Part shown: piece by piece, positions 28,768 to 37,179 of the stretch
Position numbering within the stretch: position 1 is the stretch's first letter
Layout: each line of letters opens with the position of its first letter
NCBI GenBank assembly: GCA_039588275.1
Contig: JBDHAC010000026.1
Span: forward strand, 1 to 47,095
Source: Gemmatimonadota bacterium
GTDB lineage: Bacteria > Gemmatimonadota > Gemmatimonadetes > Palauibacterales > Palauibacteraceae
Direction of reading: 5' to 3'
Length of the DNA: 47,095 nucleotides
Made by a program: the position numbers and the translations under genes
Notes under the pieces: model-generated
Seen by the model: only the letters and a program-made list of their open reading frames with translations
The model's database searches: none
Told to the model about the DNA's origin: nothing

Positions 28768-30654
28768 ATGAAGATCAACGTCGAGGAGACCCTGCGCCGT
28801 CTCCTCGAGCAGGAAGACACCGACGGCGACAATCAGATCACCATCAAGGACAACGGGCCCAAGCGGTTCGTCGTGACCGGTGAGGATGGCGGGACGTACG
28901 AGGTAGAAGGCAACTACCCCCTCTCGAACTTGCTACAGGAGCTCGCGCTCGCCCGGGACGAGGGAGCCGAGATGCTCGAGCTCAACCCCGGGCGGATCCA
29001 CGAGAACCCCGTTCACCGAATCTCGCGTACGATTCGGGAAGTGTTCTGGGACGGCCTCACCCGCACGCTCGATGCCGAGGGTCTTCTCCGCGTGGCCATC
29101 GACGCGAAGGGAGAGGGCACGGACCTGGACCGCCGGCCCCGCGTCTACGTCCCGCACGGGGACACGAAGGCGCTGGCTTACTACGAGCGTCTTGCACGTG
29201 AGCGGCCCGAGCTCGGCTTCGAGGTGGGCCGTCTGCCCGAAACGGTGACGCCCGAATACGCGCTAAGTCTCAACGAGCGACCCGGTATCCTGAGCCTCGT
29301 GCTGGTCGAGGATGAAGACGGGGCCACGCGTGGACTGCCGTTTGTGGTCCCCGGGGGACGCTTCAACGAGCTGTTCGGGTGGGACAGCTACTTCATCGCC
29401 CTCGGACTGCTGCACGACGGGCGCACGGAGCTCGCCAGGGGGATGGTGGACCATTTCCTGTACGAGATCGAGCATTACGGGCAGATCCTGAACGCCAACC
29501 GCAGCTATTTCCTGACCCGCTCGCAGCCGCCGTTCCTCACCGCGATGGGCTGGGCCGTGTACCGGCACCTTCCGGAAAGCGGGGAGCGTGACGCGTGGTT
29601 TGCCGGGGTCGTCCGGGCTGCCATCCGTGAGTGCGAGTCGGTTTGGATGAGCCCACCGAAGCTCACCGATACGGGCCTGAGTCGGTATTACGCCCGTGGC
29701 ATCGGCATGCCACCCGAGACCGAGGCCGGCCATTACGATGGCCACCTCAAGCCCTACGCCGAGGCCGTCGGGATGGACGTGGCCAGCTACGCGCAGGCGG
29801 TCCGGAAGCGCGACATCGTCGACGCCGAGCTCGACCACTACTTCGTGCACGACCGCACGCTGCGGGAGTCGGGGCACGACAACAGCTACCGGCTCGAGGG
29901 CCGCGCCGCCGACCTGTGCACCGTCGATCTCAACTCGCTCCTGTATCGGTACGAGATCGATATCGCGCGGGCGCTGGAGGAGGTCTTCGGCGGTACGTTG
30001 GAGACCCCCGATGGCTCCCTTCATACGAGCGTTGCGTGGGAGGAGCGCGCCGAGCGCCGGCGGGGGCTGATGACCCGTCTGTGCTGGAGCGAGGAGGGTG
30101 GGCAGTTCTCCGACTACGACTTCGTGGCGGGCGAGCAGACAGGCTTCGAGAGCGTGACGTCGCTCTACCCGCTATGGGCCGGGCTCGCCTCGGAGGAGCA
30201 GGCCGAGTCTCTCGTCGCGCGCGCGGTGCCGCTGTTCGAGGAGCCGGGCGGGCTCGCGTCCACCACCGAAGCCTCCCGAGGGCCGGTCTCCGAGGACCGT
30301 CCCCAGCGGCAGTGGGACTACCCCTTCGGCTGGCCCCCCCACCAGATCCTCGCCTGGCAGGGCCTCATCGACTACGGCTACGAGGCGGTCGCGCAGCGCC
30401 TCGCGTATCGATGGTTGCACATGATCACGAGGAACGCCGCCGACTACAACGGCACCATTCCCGAGAAATACGATGTCGTGAGCCAGACCCACGACGTGTT
30501 CGTCGAGTACGGCAACGTGGGGACCGAGTTCGACTACATCACGCGGGAAGGCTTCGGCTGGATGAACGCCTCGTACCAGGTGGGCCTCTCGCTGCTGCCG
30601 GACGATCTCCAAGCCGCCCTCGAAGCGGGTACCCCGCCGGCAGAGCTCTTCTGA
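28768..30654 (+). CDS. Alpha,alpha-trehalase (GH37), neutral-trehalase type with Ca-binding loop
   Basis: DTDGDNQITIKD, VPGGRFNELFGWDSY, ILNANRSYFLTRSQPPF, RESGHD, VDLNSLLY, QWDYPFGW, EKYDV and EGFGWMNAS. No signal peptide. Confidence 0.93.
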   Translation: MKINVEETLRRLLEQEDTDGDNQITIKDNGPKRFVVTGEDGGTYEVEGNYPLSNLLQELALARDEGAEMLELNPGRIHENPVHRISRTIREVFWDGLTRTLDAEGLLRVAIDAKGEGTDLDRRPRVYVPHGDTKALAYYERLARERPELGFEVGRLPETVTPEYALSLNERPGILSLVLVEDEDGATRGLPFVVPGGRFNELFGWDSYFIALGLLHDGRTELARGMVDHFLYEIEHYGQILNANRSYFLTRSQPPFLTAMGWAVYRHLPESGERDAWFAGVVRAAIRECESVWMSPPKLTDTGLSRYYARGIGMPPETEAGHYDGHLKPYAEAVGMDVASYAQAVRKRDIVDAELDHYFVHDRTLRESGHDNSYRLEGRAADLCTVDLNSLLYRYEIDIARALEEVFGGTLETPDGSLHTSVAWEERAERRRGLMTRLCWSEEGGQFSDYDFVAGEQTGFESVTSLYPLWAGLASEEQAESLVARAVPLFEEPGGLASTTEASRGPVSEDRPQRQWDYPFGWPPHQILAWQGLIDYGYEAVAQRLAYRWLHMITRNAADYNGTIPEKYDVVSQTHDVFVEYGNVGTEFDYITREGFGWMNASYQVGLSLLPDDLQAALEAGTPPAELF

Positions 30655-30666
30655 CAAGGAGTTGAA

Positions 30667-30692
30667 GGGGCGACCCCCTGTGGAGCCGCCCC
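30667..30692. terminator. Imperfect hairpin between convergent trehalase and lipoprotein genes
   Basis: GGGGCG-acccc...gagc-CGCCCC, starting 13 nt after the trehalase stop. Confidence 0.4.
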
Positions 30693-30744
30693 AATCGTCA
30701 ACGCCTGTCGAGGCTACGAAGTCATTAGCATCATCAGAGCTTGG

Positions 30745-31404
30745 CTAGGGCTTCCCGATTCGCATCAGCCGGATGTTCTCCACCAGGACTTTCACGTCAC
30801 CCGTTTCGGGGTCAATGTGGACCCGTTGCACCTCCGTGTAGCGCACCTTTCCGCCGTTGACGAGGTCGGTAAGCGTCCCCCGAGCTCTCCAGCCTTCCGT
30901 TCTCACACCCCTGTCACACGGAGCGTCGAAGCTGCAGTTAGTGTTGAACCTGAAGTGGTCTCCAATCCCCTCGGCCACCCGCGGCAGCTTCAGGGCGTCG
31001 CAGAAGGTGGGCTGACTCCCGAAGTTGGCGAGCCCCGCATAGATATGTTGCGTGGGATTCTCCATGACTGCGTGTGACGTGATGCCCCCTTTAGTCACGG
31101 CATTCTGGAACTCGAGAATGTCTGGGGGCTCTCCCGCTGGGAACACACACGGCCAGCTCTGCGACGGGTCCAGGGTTCCCAAGCCGTTCACGCTCAGGAG
31201 ATCGCGAGCGGGATCGGTTCCGATCCAGATGACGGGAACGCCGCCCCGGAAGACGACCGACTTACCGGGATGGGGGGGGCCGTTGCTGAAGTTGAACGCT
31301 GGTGCCGAGGGGTTGAGCTCGGTCGCTTCGGGCGCGACGGGCTCCGTCACCTCCCCGCACGCAACAAGCGCAAGCAGGAATGACGCCAGGGTGAGCCGTC
31401 TCAT
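30745..31404 (-). CDS. Hypothetical lipoprotein (219 aa)
   Basis: GGAGG RBS before ATG 31404, signal and lipobox MRRLTLASFLLALVAC, and four further Cys. No family recognised. Confidence 0.75.
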   Translation of the reverse strand: MRRLTLASFLLALVACGEVTEPVAPEATELNPSAPAFNFSNGPPHPGKSVVFRGGVPVIWIGTDPARDLLSVNGLGTLDPSQSWPCVFPAGEPPDILEFQNAVTKGGITSHAVMENPTQHIYAGLANFGSQPTFCDALKLPRVAEGIGDHFRFNTNCSFDAPCDRGVRTEGWRARGTLTDLVNGGKVRYTEVQRVHIDPETGDVKVLVENIRLMRIGKP

Positions 31405-31562
31405 TGGAACATACCTCCACGCCGATGCAAATGAATGCGCCTGCCACGGGGTCGTCTGCGGGTAGGTAGCAGACGCGAACTCGTGGCGTGCCATCGGCAC
31501 AACACGTCGCGGCTCAGTAAGCGGTGAAGGAGGAGTCCCGCTGACGTTTCCCCTCATCCTCT

Positions 31563-31649
31563 GGAACGAAATCGCGCGTTGATACGGCTCAAGAGAGGGA
31601 CACACCGGCCCAATCGCCTTGCACGCCCTGCGGGGGACGCCTAGGCTCA
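31563..31649 (-). promoter_or_regulatory. Candidate ECF sigma promoters (TGAGCC-N17/18-CGT) facing the lipoprotein gene
   Basis: Minus-strand TGAGCC at 31649-31644 (CGTGC follows after 18 nt) and at 31591-31586 (CGTTCC follows after 17 nt). A third TGAGCC lies at 31516-31511. Confidence 0.4.
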
Positions 31650-31705
31650 AGGAGAGCAACCGTTTCGTTCCGTTGGCCGCGTTCCGCCTGCCAGCGGAGG
31701 TGGCT

Positions 31706-32281
31706 ATGCCATCCGCACCATCCGAGGTTACCCGCCTGCTGAAGCAGTGGAGTGCGGGCGACCAGCATGCCCGAGATCAGCTGATCCCCCTCGTGTACGA
31801 TGAGCTACGCCGGTTGGCGCACCAGCGGTTGGGGCGTGCCCCTCGCGAGAGCACACTGAGCACGACAGCCCTGGTCCACGAGACGTACGTCCGGCTGGTG
31901 GAGGCCCCGCAAGTGGACCTCCCGGACCGGGCCCATTTCCTCGCGCTCGCGTCTCGGATCATGCGGAACCTGCTGGTGGACCGTGCCCGCGCCCGGTCGG
32001 CGGCGAAGCGCGGTGGCGGGGTGACCCCGTTGGAGCTGAACGAGAGTCTCTGGGTCTCGGACGAGGATCTGGATGCCGTCACGGGACTCGATGAGGCCCT
32101 CAAGCGTCTCGAGGCTCTGAGCTCGCGGCAGAGCCGGCTGGTGGAGCATCGCTACTTTGGTGGCTTGTCCCTGCAGGAGAGCGCCGTGGCGCTAGGAGTT
32201 TCGCTCGCCACGGCGAAGCGTGACCTACGCTCGGCGCGAGCCTGGCTCGCACTGGAGCTGGGGGGCGAGCCTCTTCGCTGA
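31706..32281 (+). CDS. ECF sigma factor, kinase-associated (TIGR02999 / ECF43-like)
   Basis: GGAGG RBS. EVTRLL..W..GD..ARDQLIPLVYDELRRLA, TLSTTALVHETY.RL, AAKRGG, RYFGGLS..E and ARAWL. Confidence 0.92.
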   Translation: MPSAPSEVTRLLKQWSAGDQHARDQLIPLVYDELRRLAHQRLGRAPRESTLSTTALVHETYVRLVEAPQVDLPDRAHFLALASRIMRNLLVDRARARSAAKRGGGVTPLELNESLWVSDEDLDAVTGLDEALKRLEALSSRQSRLVEHRYFGGLSLQESAVALGVSLATAKRDLRSARAWLALELGGEPLR

Positions 32282-32289
32282 GTCTTCGT

Positions 32290-35200
32290 ATGGATGCGCA
32301 ACGGTGGGACGAGATCCGGGTCGCCTTTGACGAGCTCGTCGAGCTGGACGCGGCCGAGCGGATGGGCCGCCTCACGACGATCGGCACCACCGATCCCGAG
32401 CTACGCGCGGCCATCGAGTCGCTGCTGACGGCCGACGCCGAGGCCGATGAGCGGCTGGCGTCGATCGAAGCCGCCCTAGTACCCGCGACCGCTGCCGAGC
32501 ACTTCGAGCGCGTGAAGGCCTCTCTCTCCGACCGCTACGCCGTCCAGGCCGAGATCGGCTGGGGCGGCATGGCGACGGTTTTTCGCGCCCTGGACCTCAA
32601 GCACGATCGCCTTGTGGCCATCAAGGTACTGCATCCGGAGCTGGGGGTAGCGCTCGGTGCCGACCGCTTTCTCCGCGAGATCCAGATCGTCGCCCAGCTC
32701 CATCATCCGCACATTCTCGCGCTCTACGACTCGGGTAAGACGGACGGTCTCCTGTATTACGTCATGCCGCTCGCCGAAGGTGAGACACTCCGAGCTCGGA
32801 TCAATCGTGACAACCAGTTGCCGCTTGCCGATGCACTCCAGATCGCCCGCGAGGTAGCCGACGCACTGAGCTACGCCCACGAGCACGACGTCATCCACTG
32901 CGACGTAAAACCCGAGAACGTCATGCTGGAGTCCGGGCATGCTGTCGTGACCGACTTCGGGATCTCACGGGCAATCTCGGAAGCGGGTGACAGGAGGGTC
33001 ACCGAATCCGGCATGGCGATCGGCACGCCCGCCTACATGAGCCCGGAGCAAGCGGCTGGCAGCACCGAGCTTGATCAACGTGCGGATGTGTATTCGCTGG
33101 GCTGCGTGCTGTACGAGATGCTGGCGGGCGAGCCGCCGTTTCCGGCCACGAGTACGCGGGCGATTCTCGCTCGAAAGGCGACGGAACCCGCCCCTTCGGT
33201 ACGGACGAAGCGGCGCACCGTGCCGGAACCGGTCGAGCAGGCGCTGCAGCGCGCGCTGGCCAAGGTGCCGACGGACCGGTTCGCGACCGTGCAGCAGCTT
33301 GTGGCTGAGCTAACGGCGGCAGATGTGAGACCGGAGGGGGGCTTGATCAGCCCGAAGGTGAGGTCCACCCGAGCGATCGCCTTGATGGGCATCCTGGTGG
33401 CCGTCGGCGTGGTAACAGGGTTGTGGTTGAAGGTAGGAGCACGCGCAGGCGAAATCGATGCCAACGTGCTGGCTGTGGTCCCGTTCGATGTCATCGGATC
33501 GGGACTGGAGATGTGGGGCGAGGGGCTGTCCGACATGCTCGCACACAGCCTGGATGGTGCGGGGCCGTTCAGGACGGTGCCGCCATCGTTGGTCGTCAGG
33601 GCCTGGAATGGGCGGGCCGATCCGACCTCTGCAGCACAGCTCGGGGCAGTTCTGGGTGCGGGGCTCGCTGTCTACGGCCGGCTGGTTGCGTCGGGAGGCG
33701 ACTCTGTCAGGCTGACAGCGACCCTGCTTGACGTCGCGTCCCGGACCATCATCGGAGAAACCGAGGTCCGCAACCATCGCGACAACGTCGATCGTCTTGC
33801 CGACTCGTTGGCCGTCCGTCTGCTGGGCGGGCTTGGCCGAATCCGGCAGCTCGGCGCTGTTCAGCTGAAGTCGCTCGGCTCCTCCTCGCCCACGGCTCTG
33901 AAGGCCTTCCTCCGGGGGGAGCAGCACCACCGGCGCTTAGACATGGACTCCGCGGCGTTCTACTACGGGCGCGCGATCGAGTTGGATTCCACCTTCGCGC
34001 TCGCCTACAACCGCATGGGCGGGGTGGCCTGGTGGCCCGGGGTTGTATCCGTGCGCCCGCACCACGAGTGGTGGCTTCGAGCCGGGGCACTCAACCGGGG
34101 ACTCGCTATCCGCGAAAGCCTGCTGGTGGCAGCGGACTCGATCTACGCGGCAGTCGAAACGTCGTTCGCGCCCGACTCGACGACGTGGGCCATGCTCCAA
34201 CGGCTCTTTGCCACGTTGGAGCGTGCCGACCGACACTACCCCAACGATCCGGAGATACGGCAGCGCATCGCTGAGGCAAAGCTCCACACCCCTATCTTCG
34301 GGCGCGCTCCCGAGGAACTGCGCGAAAGCTTCGCGCATGTGGTTGAGCTCGATTCCACCTACACGCCTCCATATCGTCACCTGATTACCTTGCAGGGATG
34401 GCTGCAGGAGATCGAGCCAGCCCGGAGGTCCATCGCGGCATTCTTGGCACTCGGGCCAAGCGATGCATATACGGAGTCGGAAAGCATCCTGGACGCCATT
34501 TGGGACCCCTCAGGAGTTACGCAGGCGGAGCTGGAGCTACTATTCGATACCGCATCGCTCGAGACATTCCCCGTCGTGTCGCTTCCCTTAGAGACGCATC
34601 CGGATTCCACAGAGCCAGCAATTCAGGTTGTTCAGGCGTATTTGTCCCGCAACGATGCCGACGAGTTCCCTCGCAACTACCTGGCGAAGGTCCTCGCGTT
34701 TCGGGGCCACCTACAGGAAGCGAAGGAGGCCGTCGGTGAGCCTCGAAGGTATCTCGGCCGTTATGTGTTCACGGAGCTCGCGTTGCTGGGGGTGGTGCCG
34801 CCCGGGCGAGCGGCCGAAGTATTCTCCCGCTTCCCTGACCAGTCGCGTGACATGCCGATTCCCTGGTGGGCGAGCGTAGGTGATACCGCTTCCATTAAGG
34901 ACACCCGGGCTGCCTTCGCCACATCCATCGGCTCGGACACGTTGTCGAGGGCCGAAGCCGGATGGGCGAACTGGCGCGTGGCAAAGGCGGACTTCTACCT
35001 GGCCCTCGCGCGCCGCGATACGGCGGAAGCCCTGCGCTTGGCGAGTCGGTTCCCGGAGTACCACCAGTGCAACCAGGGATGCTACTACCAGAGACTGACG
35101 AAGGCCCGGTTACTGATGGCAGCAGGTAGGCTCCGAGAAGCCGCGGAGCTCCTGGATGAGGGCTCGAACAACGTGTTCGCCCCTCATGTGCCCGGCGACG

Positions 35201-35400
35201 TGATCTGGCGACTCGAACGAGCGCGGCTCCACGAGAGACTCGGCAACACCGACAAGGCGATAAGCGACTACGCGTTCGTTGCGGATGTGTGGTGCAATGC
35301 GGACGACTCGCTTCAGCCGCTGGTTGCGGAGTCGCGTGCGGCCAGTCAGCGGCTGCTAACCGGCGAAGGCCAAGGCCGAATCACTGGTCGGTCTTGGTAA
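32290..35400 (+). CDS. Membrane Hanks-type Ser/Thr protein kinase with extracytoplasmic TPR-like region
   Basis: GWGGMATV, VAIK, HCDVKPEN, DFG, GTPAYMSPEQ and DVYSLG, a TM segment (AIALMGILVAVGVVTGLWL), then LAVVPF and AIELDSTFALAY. Confidence 0.92.
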   Translation: MDAQRWDEIRVAFDELVELDAAERMGRLTTIGTTDPELRAAIESLLTADAEADERLASIEAALVPATAAEHFERVKASLSDRYAVQAEIGWGGMATVFRALDLKHDRLVAIKVLHPELGVALGADRFLREIQIVAQLHHPHILALYDSGKTDGLLYYVMPLAEGETLRARINRDNQLPLADALQIAREVADALSYAHEHDVIHCDVKPENVMLESGHAVVTDFGISRAISEAGDRRVTESGMAIGTPAYMSPEQAAGSTELDQRADVYSLGCVLYEMLAGEPPFPATSTRAILARKATEPAPSVRTKRRTVPEPVEQALQRALAKVPTDRFATVQQLVAELTAADVRPEGGLISPKVRSTRAIALMGILVAVGVVTGLWLKVGARAGEIDANVLAVVPFDVIGSGLEMWGEGLSDMLAHSLDGAGPFRTVPPSLVVRAWNGRADPTSAAQLGAVLGAGLAVYGRLVASGGDSVRLTATLLDVASRTIIGETEVRNHRDNVDRLADSLAVRLLGGLGRIRQLGAVQLKSLGSSSPTALKAFLRGEQHHRRLDMDSAAFYYGRAIELDSTFALAYNRMGGVAWWPGVVSVRPHHEWWLRAGALNRGLAIRESLLVAADSIYAAVETSFAPDSTTWAMLQRLFATLERADRHYPNDPEIRQRIAEAKLHTPIFGRAPEELRESFAHVVELDSTYTPPYRHLITLQGWLQEIEPARRSIAAFLALGPSDAYTESESILDAIWDPSGVTQAELELLFDTASLETFPVVSLPLETHPDSTEPAIQVVQAYLSRNDADEFPRNYLAKVLAFRGHLQEAKEAVGEPRRYLGRYVFTELALLGVVPPGRAAEVFSRFPDQSRDMPIPWWASVGDTASIKDTRAAFATSIGSDTLSRAEAGWANWRVAKADFYLALARRDTAEALRLASRFPEYHQCNQGCYYQRLTKARLLMAAGRLREAAELLDEGSNNVFAPHVPGDVIWRLERARLHERLGNTDKAISDYAFVADVWCNADDSLQPLVAESRAASQRLLTGEGQGRITGRSW

Positions 35401-37015
35401 GCGCGAACACGTGCCCCTCCAAAGGGCTGAGCGTAGACAGCGGCAGGTACCCCTCGATCAGCCCGTCCTCGCCAACCTCGAGTCCTGCTCCGGACGAATC
35501 GCCGATCAGGTTCCGGAGCGCGTAGCCTCCAGACTGCAGAGCGCCCTCATCCGACGAAAGCGTCACACCGGTGAGCGATTCCGTCCCGAGGTTCGCGATC
35601 ACCAGCACGGCACCGTCTCCCTCGCGCCTGAGGTAGGCCGCCACCCCGTCGCTACTCGCCTCGAGCGGGACAAGCTCGCCGGTTCCGAGAGCCTGATTGT
35701 CGCCGCGCAGGTGAATCAATCGCCGGTACAGGTTGAGAAGCGACCCGGGCTCGTCGTCTTGAGCCTCCACGTTCGCGATCGACGAGTCCGGTTGCAGGGG
35801 CTCCCACGCCACCCCGCTCGTGAAGCCGACCCCGGGGCCGAGGCTCCAGTGCATCGGCGTCCTCAAGCGGGGGTCCGGCTTGTCGCCGCTCATCCCGATC
35901 TCCTCCCCGTAGTAGACGAAGGGCAGGCCGGGCAGGGTGAGCAGCAAGGTGGCCGCGAGCTTCGCCTTGGCCACGTCTCCGCCCAGCTCCGTAAGCGTGC
36001 GGGTCTGATCGTGGTTGCGCAGGAAGGGGGACCAGCGATCGGCGGGCAGCTCGCGCTGTAGCCTCAGATAGGGCGGAAGGAGCCCATCCGCGGAGCCGCT
36101 TCGCACCGCCTCGATGATCGCGTCAGCGACTTCGAACGCGAAGTGCGAGTCCAGTTGGTCTGGATAGTAGGCGAGCATCGCGCCCGTGCTGTCCCACACC
36201 TCACCGATCGTGAACGCATCGGGCGCCACCTGGCGGACGTGCACGGCGAACTCGCGCAGGACCTCGTGGGTTCCCGGGGCGTTCGTAGTCACGCCGTTCT
36301 CCTCTACGAGGTGGCGGATGGCGTCGAGTCGGAACCCGTCGACGCCCATCTCCTCGAGCCAGAAGCTCGCGATCTTCTTCGACTCCTGACGAACGGCCGG
36401 ACTCTCGTGGTTCAGATCCGGCATGCCGCTCCAGAAGAAGCCGTAGTAGTACTCGTCCCGCACCCATGACCGGTGCCAGTTGTCGCCGCCCCATTCGTTC
36501 AGGACGCCTGGGTGCTGCGGGGACCACACGAACCAGTCGCGGTAGGGGGAGTCCGGGTGGAGGAGCGCGTCCTTGAAGTAGGGGTGCTCGCCGGATGCAT
36601 GGTTGAGCACCAGATCCACGAGAACGCGGATGCCGCGCCGGTGCGCTTCGAACACGAGCAGCTTGAAGTCTTCGTTCGTGCCGTAGTCGCGATCGATCCG
36701 GTAATAGTCGGTGACGTCGTACCCGTGATAACTGGGTGACTGCGCCACCGGCATGAGCCAGACGCAACGGGCGCCCAGGTCACGTCGCGACTTCGGATCG
36801 CCGTCGTTGATGTAATCGAGTTTTTCGATAAGTCCCTTCAGGTCGCCGATCCCGTCACCGTCGCTGTCGAAGAAGGAGCGCACGAAGATCTCGTAACAAA
36901 CCGCGCCTCGCTTCCAATCGTGCACATCGGACGGGCTCGCTTCTTGGGCTACAGCCGGGGCAGCTAGAGCTACGCAGGCGGGCCAGAGGGTGGCAGAGAA
37001 GCGGCGGATCCACAT
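35381..37015 (-). CDS. GH13 alpha-amylase family glycosidase, secreted
   Basis: AGGAGG RBS before ATG 37015 and signal peptide (AVA|QE). Motifs YEIFVRSF.DSDGDGIGD, DLVLNH, GFRLDAIRH, GEVW and FLRNHD. Its stop overlaps the kinase 3' end by 20 bp. Confidence 0.92.
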   Translation of the reverse strand: MWIRRFSATLWPACVALAAPAVAQEASPSDVHDWKRGAVCYEIFVRSFFDSDGDGIGDLKGLIEKLDYINDGDPKSRRDLGARCVWLMPVAQSPSYHGYDVTDYYRIDRDYGTNEDFKLLVFEAHRRGIRVLVDLVLNHASGEHPYFKDALLHPDSPYRDWFVWSPQHPGVLNEWGGDNWHRSWVRDEYYYGFFWSGMPDLNHESPAVRQESKKIASFWLEEMGVDGFRLDAIRHLVEENGVTTNAPGTHEVLREFAVHVRQVAPDAFTIGEVWDSTGAMLAYYPDQLDSHFAFEVADAIIEAVRSGSADGLLPPYLRLQRELPADRWSPFLRNHDQTRTLTELGGDVAKAKLAATLLLTLPGLPFVYYGEEIGMSGDKPDPRLRTPMHWSLGPGVGFTSGVAWEPLQPDSSIANVEAQDDEPGSLLNLYRRLIHLRGDNQALGTGELVPLEASSDGVAAYLRREGDGAVLVIANLGTESLTGVTLSSDEGALQSGGYALRNLIGDSSGAGLEVGEDGLIEGYLPLSTLSPLEGHVFALTKTDQ

Positions 37016-37179
37016 GCTTGCGCGACCTCCTGGGATTAAGGACCGTCGGGCGAGAGAAAAACCTAGACAGGCACGGGCTTGAGGAGAAAGGCCGCAGCGG
37101 TGTCGCAGAGGCCGCTCGCTCCCGCGTACATTGCAGCGTCCGATCTGTGCCCCGCTCAGACCAGCTTGACGGTTCACCA

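Noticed and set aside
30655..35400. Sigma-kinase cassette as a mobile element
   Set aside because: No transposase, integrase, terminal inverted repeats or target duplication is visible. It is kept only as a possible past insertion.
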